From Cycas panzhihuaensis (taxonomy: Eukaryota; Plantae; Cycadophyta): 64,000 bases of DNA. The DNA lies in the NCBI GenBank assembly GCA_023213395.1, contig CM041465.1, positions 169,267,741-169,331,740 on the forward strand, in the 5' to 3' direction. Position numbers and translations under genes: made by a program. Below the pieces are notes generated by a model. The model worked only from the letters and a program-made list of their open reading frames with translations. It was not told where the DNA came from and made no database searches. Shown piece after piece: positions 1-10,801 of the stretch; position 1 is the stretch's first letter, and each line of letters starts with the position of its first letter.

Positions 1-2028
1 GAACTTCCTCCTTTATCATTACTCCCACCAGATTGACATTTTTATTTTGTTGTTTGGGGCAACAGTCGTCATCATGGTCGCCTGATCCACACCAACGGCA
101 TAATGTTGAGACATTACTTTCTAGGTTAGGACAGTCTCTGCTAAAGTATCCCCATAATTTACATTATTGGTCGTCCTTGAGAGCCTCGTTATAGTGGTCT
201 TCTTGATCTGCGACCCTTTTCGAGGGGTGGTCTATTAGTTTCTTATCGAGTAAAGAAGATGTCTCGCTTGTCTCCTACATGCGTGAATATTGAATCCACA
301 TTCGTCGATATCATAATTATTCATTTTACAGATGTAGCAATATTTGAATCCTTGATTCTCTAGACATTTTGACTCTAAGTGACCTTCAATTTGGCATTTA
401 ATACACCATATATGGCATCTTTCTTTGGGTTGACTTTGTGTAAAATCTTTGAATATTCTCATCAAATCTTCCCTCAAAGTTTCAATCGAGGATTCTTCCT
501 TTGTTTTGACTTCACTTATTTTTTCTTGGCGCCAAACTTTGACTTTTTCTTCAATCTCAAAACTTATAGCATGATCTATTACTTCCTAATATTATACAGG
601 AGGAACGACCCGTAATTTTCTTCCGTACTTGGGAAATAATCCTTCTAAAAACCATCTCTTCCTTAATCCATCTGCTACTTCACTTTCCATTTTCTTGATC
701 AAACATTTTAACTTTGTATTATAGCTTCTTACTGTTTCCTTGAGTTCTTGCTTAAGATTGTAAATTTGGTCCACCACCTCACTGTCATCCTGCAGTAGTT
801 TGAATTCTTTTTCGAATGCTTCTCATAAGGAGGTCTAGTTCTTCAAGTGACCACCTTTGAATTCCTTAAACCAATCATTCGCGACATCCCATAATGTGGC
901 CAAAAATGATTACAACTTGATGTCTTTGGCAGTTTCATTGTTGGTTGTCTATATTGTCTCACACACATTACAGTGTCTGGTTGGGTCTTCATATACTTTT
1001 CTATTAAAGGTTAGTAGTTTGTGCTTCACTCCTCTTTTTATTGTTGTCAATGATGTCATCATTATTATTGTTGATGCTTCTAGTGATTTTGTCGATGATC
1101 TTACGTACTTAAGTTGTTGTATTCTTCGTTGTTGGAAATCGTCTGTAGGCTTCTTTTTTCTGTGTTCGTAATAGTTTCCAAATTAGGCCCCTTTTTGTCT
1201 TGAGCTGGGATATTCTTGATCTTGATCTTGCATGAGGACCTGCTCCTTTTTACATAAACTCAGATGTGTGAATGCTTCTTTGATCCCTTTTAAGTCTAGA
1301 TTCAGACCGTATTACTGCTTCCAGGCTTGCCAGACTTGTTGCCCTCTTTTAATTATCGACCAGTCAATCTATGTTAATATCCTCGACCCATCTTGTCTTA
1401 ACGTACATAATCGATCAGATCTTTTTTGTTGTAGTTGTTGGTTATTATCGTTCACCCAGTGGTGCTTAAATGCGTACATTGTTTGTTCTGTGTCGTGCAT
1501 CAGAACGAAGATGTCTCATAATATTCACGAGCATCATCAGTTCTTGGATGACAATATCCTCAAGGTACTGCTCAATAATGCCCTTTCACAATAGGTACGG
1601 TTTCAACTAGAGAATGATTCTAAAATCTTCCTCTGAAAATTGAATGAAGTTTAATTTGCCCTGTGTAGTTTGGTTTCGATAACGATTACAAATCGTCATC
1701 TATATCTATCTTGTTCTCCCCATCTTCTATCTCATTCATAAGTCAACAACAGCACCAGATGTTAACTATAATAATACGGGTTCACACTAGGAAGAGATTA
1801 GATGGTATTACAACATGATCAACACAATATGAACAGTACTTGATTAGGGCAATATGTGAATAATATAAACAGTATTTAGAAACACAATACCGAATGTACA
1901 CAACATCAACATCAATTATATTATATCAAAACTGGATGTATAGAAGCAAGATGAAATCGTCCCATGTCAAATCGGAACCATCTACTAGGATCAAGATGCA
2001 CCACATCGCATACCCTTCATCTATCCTC

Positions 2029-2110
<82 letters not shown>

Positions 2111-2186
2111 TTTGAACTGTTGTTATGTCGTTTAGTAACTACCTCTAACTAATTTCTTTTTGAGGACATAATATCTACAATTAACA
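1..2186 (-). mobile_element. 5' part of a degenerate Ty3/gypsy element: LTR (~1760-2186), PBS and gag remnant
   Basis: Zinc-knuckle remnants (WCIKCQIEGHLESKC, YCYICKMNNYDIDEC) and a gag-like segment (RKRWFLEGL) at 235-777. PBS-like TGGTGCTGTTG at ~1747-1757 abuts a TGTTAA...TTAACA-bounded segment that contains an (AT)n tract. Confidence 0.65.
2031..2107. repeat. (AT)n microsatellite
   Basis: Uninterrupted TA dinucleotide run. Confidence 0.97.
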
Positions 2187-4129
2187 AAATGGTACCTAAC
2201 GGGGTCGATCGCATGGCCAAACCAAAGAATCTTCATTAAAGAGTAAAACATGGTGTGAAACATTAAAAGCCGGGTCAACAAGAAGCAACTAAATCTAATA
2301 TGAAGTAGGTTGTGACTTAGAATAGATATTATTGGTCCTTGCAACCACCCTTGTAACTTTGTGACCTATAAGTGTTCCAAGTTTGACCCAACACCCTCCC
2401 ACCAAACATGAGCATAAAGCATTATATTTAGATATAACGTAACCAACCTTGAATCATGTCACGCCCACACATTAGAAGAATGAGACAAAGATCTCAATAC
2501 AATAGTTGTTAAAGTCGTACATAATATCACATAACAAGAAGCCCATATGCGACATTTGTAGTACAAGGAAGATAAAGACATAGATCATTTTGACTATGCA
2601 TTCATTACAAAACATTAACCAATATCAATATTAAAGACAAGATTCCTATACCACAAATAGATATTGTACTTGATAAATTACATGGTGCTTAATACTTTTC
2701 CAAACTAGACCTGTGATCGAGTTATTTCCAAATGCTAGTCACGATGAAAGATTGACAAAAAACAACATTTCAATGTCTTCAAGGGCATTACAAATTCAAA
2801 GTCATGCCTCCTGGTCTTGCCAATGTTACAACAACATTCCAGGTGACCATGACCAATGATTTTTTAACAATATTTTAAAAATTCATCCTAATATTCTTCG
2901 ATGATATTCTCATCTACTTTGAAATCTAGCATAAACATGTAAGCCATGTGGGCATAGCACTCTCAATACTATAAGCAAACCAACTATACGTAAAGAAACT
3001 AAAGTGCTCATTTCGCAAACAAGAACTTGATTATCATTGACACATCTTAACCACAAAGAGTGTAAAAGTAAACCACACAAAAATCCAAATAATTTCAAAC
3101 TATCCATGACCAAGGAGCATTCCCAAGATTAACAAGTTTCTACGGATAATTCATCAAAAACTATTCCAACTTCATGAACCCTTGACAAACCTTCTTAAGA
3201 AGGAAGCCTTCACCTTGAACATAAGAGTGAAAAAATTCTTTGAAACTCTAAAGGTGGCTATGATGACAACACTAGTACTAACAACACCAAATTTTAGCAA
3301 ACCATTTGTTCTAGAATGTGATGCATTGAGAACAAGCATTGGATCAATCCTCATGTTAAATAACCATCATATAGAAATTGAGAGCATAAAGTTAAATGAC
3401 AAGGAAATAAGGCTACCCACTTACAACAAGGATATGTTAGCTATAAGACATGCCCTAGAGAAAGGAAACAATACTTGTTGGGCAACAAATTCAGTGTTAA
3501 AATGGATCACAACTATGTAAAGTATTTATTACAATAGCCCACACTTTGAGGTGAACACTGAAAATGGATTGATAAGATTAAGGTCTTCAACTTCAAAATT
3601 GTCTACAAAGAAGGAGAAAGGGAATCTAGTAGATTATGCATTGCCCATAAAATATGATGAACTGGCAATAATGGCAATATCAATTATGGAACCAAGCTAA
3701 GTCACATAAATTCAAGAGCAATTTGAAGACTAGCCAAGGCAAGTAATTTATAAATAGGAACCTAGGGCCTCAAGTGGAAGATTAAAACAGGTACTATGTT
3801 TTACAAAGACTACACATATATACCACCAAGGGCACATTTCATCGACAAAATACTAAAAGAGTGCCATGAAGCACTAGCAACTAGCAATGTGGTAACAATG
3901 AAGACATACAAGAATGTCTAAAATGCCCTTTGATGGCTAGAGCTAAAGAAAAAGGTTGAGAAACATGTATTTGAATGCAATACACGCCAAAGGTAAAAGA
4001 AATAATTGTCTACAAGCACCAAGACTACTACAACCATTATTAGTCCCAAAGCAAAAGGGGGAAGATATTTCTATGGATTTCATCACAAAACTACCCCCAA
4101 TCAAAAGGGAAGGAGATAATATTTGTCAT

Positions 4130-7100
4130 TGTTAGAATATAATGTGTCATGTGTGTGTGGTTAAGTAAAATGGGTCATAGGATTATTAGTCATAGTCCAA
4201 AGTCTTAGAGTCAAAGGGTCATTATAATATTGTGTGAGAAGATAGAATCTTATTGGTCAAGTTAGTGGTGTAATGTCATTAATCAGGACAAAGGTATGTG
4301 TCCTACATGCATTATTTGTGTTGTATAGTCTCCCACCTCTTTTGTATATAAAGGTGGTTGAGGTAGTGTATGGAGATATCACATCATCAAGGCTCATATT
4401 GAGTCTTTGGTGTTTTGATATGTTAATGCATTCTGATTATATTGTGTTAATCTCTGTTCGTTGATATTGTTCCTGTGGTTGATGAATGCTCTCCATGTTA
4501 AAATCTTAACATGGTATCAGAGCAGGTTGTGTGTTGAGGGCGTTGTGGTGCTAAAGGTAGATTTGTGGATTAGTTGCCAGATTAAGGATTCGGATTGGGA
4601 AGGTGAAGTCCCAAGGTGATCAATATTGCAGGGCAGAATTTTACTAGGTAACCCTACTCCTATGAACCTGTTAGTGAAGGAATAATTCAATCGTAAGGAA
4701 GCTTCCTGCTGACTGTTGTAAGGACATCTGCACGTAACAATCTTAACGGCCAATAAGAGATCCTTGTGGAAATTGTAGTGGAAATAAGATTGCTTTGTCG
4801 AAAACCATATGAAAGGCAACCCAACTGCACAGTTGGAGAGTCATCCAACAAGTTGATGTGTCTACTATAGATTTGAGCATGTATGAATAAAACTTTTATG
4901 GTATTAAAGCAAGTTGTAGAATGATCACTGCATATCAGAAGTTAAATTAAAGAGAAGGTTCAGAAATAGCTGTCATTGATCTCGAATCTGCCCACTTGAG
5001 TGAATAGTACAAGCAAGATGCACCCCTTGTAATTGCCCAGGGGAATTGTTGCTACATAACTAGAAGGTACTATTGTAAAGTTATCATCATAATCCAGCCA
5101 CATGGCACAGAGGCAGACTGTAGGAACTGGAACAAATCTTAGAAGAAGCCATAATCATTGAGGGCACCACTATTGCAGGGGTAAACAGTAGGTATTCTGA
5201 TTGCCTAAGAATTAGATTGCAACCTCTAATTATCTTAAGGTTGTACAATTTCTTAGGGTTTATACACTTGCTCCAGTTGAGGCTTCTGAGGAGATGAGTT
5301 GTCTGCAGGGTTTTCACCAGTGTTGTTGAGAAGATTATGATTAATTCTGTTTCATTCGGTCAAAGTAAAGATCTTGTACTTCCTTACGTTTGTTTCATTG
5401 GTGAATCTGAGGTCAATTTGTTTTAGTTCTGCCATGAATAAAACCTGGATGTATAGAAAAGTTGGCCACAATGATCTGTAAAACATTAGTCCCTACATGA
5501 TAAAAGATCCCAATGGTGTTTAGGGTGAAAACCTAAAATCATTTGGAGATCATTTGCGGTGACATTCAAACCATTCAAAGCCTTTCAGTTCTGCTCAATC
5601 CTGCATGTACTTATGAAAACGAAATCCTTGTTTGCTCTGTTCTGTTCATGTGACTGTTAACTCACACCCTGTGGGTGAATAATTGAATCTCTATATCTGA
5701 ATGCCACATCTTATTGTCCATGGAACCCTTTGAGATATTGGAAGTACATAACTCCTCTGTCTTTCAACAGATCAAGCCCTGCCAAGTCCACTAACACAGC
5801 TGGTAATTGCTCGTCCGAAAAAGGTGACTACAGTGATCTCTATCCCACTAGTAGTCATTGATTTGACAACATTAGGTGTCAAGTTTGGTGATGTGAAATA
5901 GGATGTGTCCAAAAAGATTTCATACACAAAAGGAGAGACTGTGGAGGCAACATTTTGATCTGAAATGATTTTATGACTGAGGGTACTTTCTCTCTAATAG
6001 AGTTGTTAGATATTACCAAAAAAATGGTTTCCATGTGAGGATGGGCGTGATCAAACCTGGAAGAATACAGGGGGCATAGTAGCTCATACTGCATTGAAGA
6101 AAAGTACAAGTGGCTGGAAAAAGCAGTAGCTGGGTCTCCAGAAAACAACTCCCTGATCTTGGCAAGTAAATGCATTGATTGGAGGAAGAATCAATCAAGC
6201 AATCCGAAGAGCAAATACTATGAGAGGGTCTCTGTCTTCAATGTTGGAAATGTTTCAAAGCTGTATCAATGCAAGTGCCAATAACTGAGATCTCTGAGTA
6301 CAGCAGCCTGCACCATGTTTCGGGGAAATTTGAGTCTGCAGAAGTATATAGGAGGTATACCAAAATTTTGGATTGAAGGCAAAATTGTCTGAGTACTGTT
6401 TAAAGACCATTGTTTGAATATTGTTGTTTGCTTGTTCACTACCAGCTAAGCACAGTATCACTGAGTCTCCAAACAGACAGTGGCGACACCAAGGATAACC
6501 TCTGCCTTCCAACCGATGATCAACTTCTTTCTACGATTAAGGATGGGTTTGTTGAAGGCAAGGATCTTATTCTGATTGTTATGTTTGCAATGAGAGAAGA
6601 ACAAATATGTGCAGTAAAGAATATTGGGACAACTAAGTTCAATCTATGAAGTCTAAATCTAAGGGTTATGCCTGTTTTTATTTTGTGCATAGGAATTGTG
6701 AAAAATTAGTGCTGAGGCAGAAATAGTGTGGATTGAATGGAGATTAACAGAGATTGAATTTGCAGCCCCTAGTGGTTTAACCCCCAAGTATCTATTTTCA
6801 AAACGATTAGTGGCATTGTATTCGTTGTTGAATTACCTTTGTTCTAAGATTGCACTTAAGACAATTTTTTCCTCGTAAAGCTAAGTGACATTATCACTTT
6901 TGTACCTAAAAAAAATGAATATTGGTTGTCGGATCTTCTTTTTCCTTTGCCCAAATACATTGGAACCAACTTTCGCTTTTGAAAAATTAAGATGGAGAGC
7001 TTATTCATACTGAAGAAACTTTGAAAAACAGTTATGGATACTAAAATGGCTCACGAAGAAGGGGAGGAAACTTTAAAAGGGAAAAACAAAATTGCTATTG

Positions 7101-8646
7101 ATGTAATACTTACAACCTTTGATAAGAATAACCTTCATTCTTCCATATCACTTCATTGTCCAGGTTCTACAAAATACCGACTCAGCTGAGGACACCTAAA
7201 AACTGCTAACAGAAGTGCATGAAAAATGACCTTAAGAAATGTAGCAGAGTATTAAAAGGGCAAAGAATCAAAGGAAAAAGTTGAAAAGAAAAGAAAAAAG
7301 GGAAAAACAGCATGACAAAGTCTTAACTTCATCAAATACCTTAAGTCTCATCAAAAAACCAACCTTGAAGGTTGAAGATTCCAGACATCAATCTTTGCCA
7401 GTAATAGTTCATGGAAACCCAAGTAACTTAACAAAACGTATGGACAATATCATCCTGGTTTGTGTCAACAAATTTATGACTAGGATTCAAATGATGTCAG
7501 GATACACATTGATATGCATATGTTAGAGACTTTCCATAATATCTCTCAACTCAATCTCTATATTTATTTTTTAGATAATACAAATTATGATAACATACCC
7601 TATGGTCATCAGAAGATTCCTCCAAAGAAAGAAGAAACGTGGGAAGAATATCATATAATCAAAACCTTGTGCATCAAGATCACTACAGGTTTTTGATAGA
7701 ACCTCGATCTCGAACTCAATCATATCAAACTAATCTTTCACATTTATGTAAAGAATAATAGTGAATACGCATACGTAATTACAATGAATTTCATCATTCT
7801 TGGACAACAAATTCCTTGATAAGATAAAAGGAAGAAAGTATGTTGTGTTTGAAGAAGGGAAATTGAGAAATGGATGATTATTGGTGATTGGGTTTGAAGG
7901 AAGTAATGAATGGATTGAAAAGTCAATCATCTTAGAAGTTTGAAATGTACGAGAAGTCAATTTACTTCATATTCATTATAGGACGACCATATCTCTCCTA
8001 GGAGTACACAGAAAGATTTATCAAACAGGAAACAGGTGGCAACATTGCAAACCAGACATACACGTTACAGTGCTCAAGATATCATCATCAGAAAGATTCC
8101 AAGACCCAAGAGATGGAAGTTTAAACATCACTTCAAAGACAAGCCAAGTTTTGTCATGTTATCCTTAGTTTCTATAGTCTCAAACTCAAGTCAAGCCCTA
8201 TGTTAATGTGTGTGTCAGTTGTGCCAAATTGTCCTTAGTTCAAACATTAAACATTAAGGAGAGGTGTTAGAATATAATGTTTAATGTGTGTGTAGTTAAG
8301 TAAAGTGGGTCCTAAGATTATTAGTCATAGTCCTAAGTCTTAGAGTCAAAGGGTCATTATAATATTGTGTGAAAAGATAGAATCTTATTGGTCAAGTTAG
8401 TGGTGTAATGTCATTGGTCAAGACAAAGGTATTTGTCCCACATGCATTACTTGTGTTGTATAGTCTCCCACCTCTTTTGTATATAAAGGCGGTTGAGGTA
8501 GTGTATGGAGATATCACATCATCAAGGCTCATATTGAGTCTTTGGTGTTTTGATATATTAATGCATTCTGATTATATTGTGTTAATCTCTATTCATTGAT
8601 ATTGTTCTTGCAGTTGATGAATGCTCTCCATGTTAAAATATTAACA
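4130..8646 (+). mobile_element. Non-autonomous copia-derived LTR element 'A' with captured host sequence
   Basis: Two 382-bp TG...CA LTRs (4130-4511, 8265-8646) with about 22 mismatches by eye (~94%). PBS-iMet TGGTATCAGAGC at 4512-4523; PPT AAGGAGAGG at 8256-8264. Copia gag N-terminal remnant (GTNFRF*KIKMESLFILKKL*) at ~6950-7140. No RT or integrase recognised. Confidence 0.92.
6461..6649 (+). pseudogene. EIF5A: eIF5A C-terminal fragment inside LTR element A
   Basis: LSLQTDSGDTKDNLCLPTDDQLLSTIKDGFVEGKDLILIVMFAMREEQICAVKNIG matches the plant eIF5A C-terminal OB-fold (consensus about SLLTxxGxTKDDLxLPTDxxLxxQIKxGFxEGKDLxVxVMSAMGEEQICAxKxIG). The N-terminal hypusine region is absent. Confidence 0.9.
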
Positions 8647-8716
8647 TGGTATCGAAAGGCGAGTTGCATGTTGAGGCGTGGTCTTGAAGGTAAATTTGTT
8701 GGAAATGTAGCATCTA

Positions 8717-8784
8717 GGGATTGTTTGTGTGGACTAACCGCCACCCTGGGCCCAGGGTGGCGGTTAGTCCACACAAACAATCCC
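8717..8784. repeat. Perfect 68-bp palindrome; imperfect arms extend to ~8677-8831
   Basis: 34-nt arms GGGATTGTTTGTGTGGACTAACCGCCACCCTGGG|CCCAGGGTGGCGGTTAGTCCACACAAACAATCCC, centred at 8750/8751. Confidence 0.95.
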
Positions 8785-8833
8785 CGAGATGCGGCGATTA
8801 GTCCAACAAATTTACTTCTAGCACCACAACGTA

Positions 8834-9127
8834 GGGTGGCGGTTAGTCCACGTAAACAATCCCCGAGATGTGGCGGTTAGTCCAACACCCCCTCTCTGAC
8901 GTTACTCGGGGGGAATTGATCCTGGGGTGAGGCTCTGATACCATATTAAGATTGTCGTTACACTAAAACCTCGAGGTGTTAATGTCTGATACAAATCTCG
9001 TATCTGAACACCCCACAGGGTGGTTAGTCCCAGGGCCCAGGGTGGCGGTTAGTCCATGTAAACAATCCCCGAGATGCGGCGGTTAGTCCATGTAAACAAT
9101 CCCCGAGATGCGGCGGTTAGTCCAACA
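8834..9127 (-). mobile_element. Miniature LTR element (TRIM) 'B' with a rearranged 3' LTR
   Basis: Minus strand: 5' LTR 9127-8944 (184 bp, TGTTGG...), PBS TGGTATCAGAGC at 8943-8932, 56-bp interior ending in PPT AGAGAGGGGG (8897-8888). The 3' LTR restarts TGTTGGACTAACCGCC at 8887 and breaks off near 8834. Confidence 0.85.
8912..8965 (-). promoter_or_regulatory. Putative type-2 Pol III promoter spanning the LTR/PBS junction of element B
   Basis: A box TAGTGTAACGA at 8965-8955; B box GGATCAATTCC at 8922-8912 (GGWTCRANNCC); 32-nt spacer. Confidence 0.55.
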
Positions 9128-10360
9128 GTCATAGTATATAGAGTTACTAAAAATGCACACTTCATGCACATTAAGACAAAGGACAAAACCCCCTAAACTA
9201 CAAAAACATTTGCTAGAGAGGTATATTAATTATGTGGCCTCCCTAAGATAATAATTTGCAACAAGGATCCAAAGTTCATTAGCAATTTCAAGGAAGAATT
9301 GTTCAAAATCATAAGTACAAAATTTAATATGAGCATTGCTTACTAATTTTAAAATGATAACCACTTCGAAATAGTTAGCAAATGTATAGAATCATACCTC
9401 AAAAACTACATAAATGATAAAGAAAGCAAATGGCTCAAGCAACTATAGTTAGGGCAATTTTTGTACAACACCTCATACCACATGTCAATTAAATGGAACC
9501 TTTCATGGCACTATATGAATATCCACTACCATGAATCAAATAATACATAAACATAGATACCTAGGTGCACACAACCAAAACAACACTAGAAGAAATCCAT
9601 AACACAATTAGAACTCTAAAATATGGCCTTACTACGGAATAAAATAAAACAACACAACAACCAACACCAAAGAGAGATGTTTTTCATAAGGAGATATGAT
9701 GTTTGTCCATCTACAACCATATAAGCAAATGACCCTAGAAAACAAAAGCAAACAAAAACTAGCATTATGATTTTTACAACCCTTATAAAATCCATTGATA
9801 CATAAGTGACATTACATATGCTCTAGAATTACCAAAAAGGAAAAAATCCATAACATTTTTCATATGTCATTCTTGAAAAAGAAGATAAGAGACACATTAA
9901 CATACCAAATAGGACTCTAAATTCTAGATGCAAAAAGCAAATTGATTTTTAGGACAAAAAGAATCTTAGAAGAAAGAGAAAAGAAGCTCTAATCCAAAAT
10001 GATAAAAGAATGCTTGATCAAGTGGAAGGCCCTTTCCATAGAACACTCAACATGGAAAACAAAGCTCTCATCCAAAAACAACCAAAGCTCCCAAAGCTTT
10101 GAGGATGTAGCTTTTTAAGAAGAGAGGGTGTGTTGTGAACCTAATCACAATCTCAATAAAACAACTACAATAGTATTAAATTAGCTAGAATAAATAATCC
10201 AATAAGAAACACAAGAATAATCCACTATGAAAGTTGATCAAAATAATAGCTTAGCAGGCAAACATAAATAAAAACATTACAAAGGAGAATGATTATCATA
10301 TTTTCGGATCTTCACTAGAAGAGTTCTCTTCCATAGCTTGTGCTTGTCTATACAGTGTCT

Positions 10361-10635
10361 CCTATTTGGAAAAATGTTAGTAGTAGTCCCCAAAGGATGC
10401 TACAATGTGTGTGTGTGTAATCCTCTTTACAAAGATCGACTATATGAAACCCCATCTCCCCTCAGCCCCCCAACAAAAAGAGTGCTCTTCCATAACTCGC
10501 TTGTCAACACAGGGTCTCGAATTTGGAAAAAAGGTTAGTAGTAGCCCACAAAGGACACTACAATGTATGTGTATGGGTGCATATGTGTAATCCTCTTTAC
10601 AAAGATCGACTATATGAAATCCTATTCCCTCCCTA
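10361..10635. repeat. Degenerate direct duplication (~160-175 bp period)
   Basis: ATTTGGAAAA...GTTAGTAGTAG...TGTGTAATCCTCTTTACAAAGATCGACTATATGAAA occurs twice. Confidence 0.8.
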
Positions 10636-10801
10636 CTCTCCCCCACACCCCCCCCACCCCTCGCAAAAAAAAAAAGAAATCCTCATCAAAAGGGCAACAT
10701 TACCATGGCAATTATTTGCCAATGGTTCAATCTAATCTGTGTGTAAGTATGTGTAACGGGGAAGGAGGGTGGCAGGTTGGAAAGAGAGAGTACCACATTA
10801 G

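Larger units (their letters stand above)
2400..10280 (+). mobile_element. Degenerate chromovirus-type Ty3/gypsy pol (RT, RNase H, integrase, chromodomain), split by the 4130-9127 insertion
   Basis: RNase H motif TPNFSKPFVLECDA (3182-3520). Integrase SMDFITKLP...IIFVI|VYRVTKNAHF reads across the insertion. Chromodomain-like ECLIKWKALSIEHSTW at ~10010-10060. PPT AGAGAGGGTG, then TGTTG at 10131. Confidence 0.85.

Noticed and set aside
6410-6649. Functional eIF5A gene
   Set aside because: Only the C-terminal part is present, with substitutions at conserved sites, and it lies inside an LTR element.
4130-8646. Element A as a stand-alone insertion
   Set aside because: No TSD after 8646; the matching GTCAT is at 9128-9132.
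8759-9127. CRISPR-like look of the 34-bp repeats
   Set aside because: No unique spacers or cas genes, eukaryotic context, and the repeats are LTR subunits.
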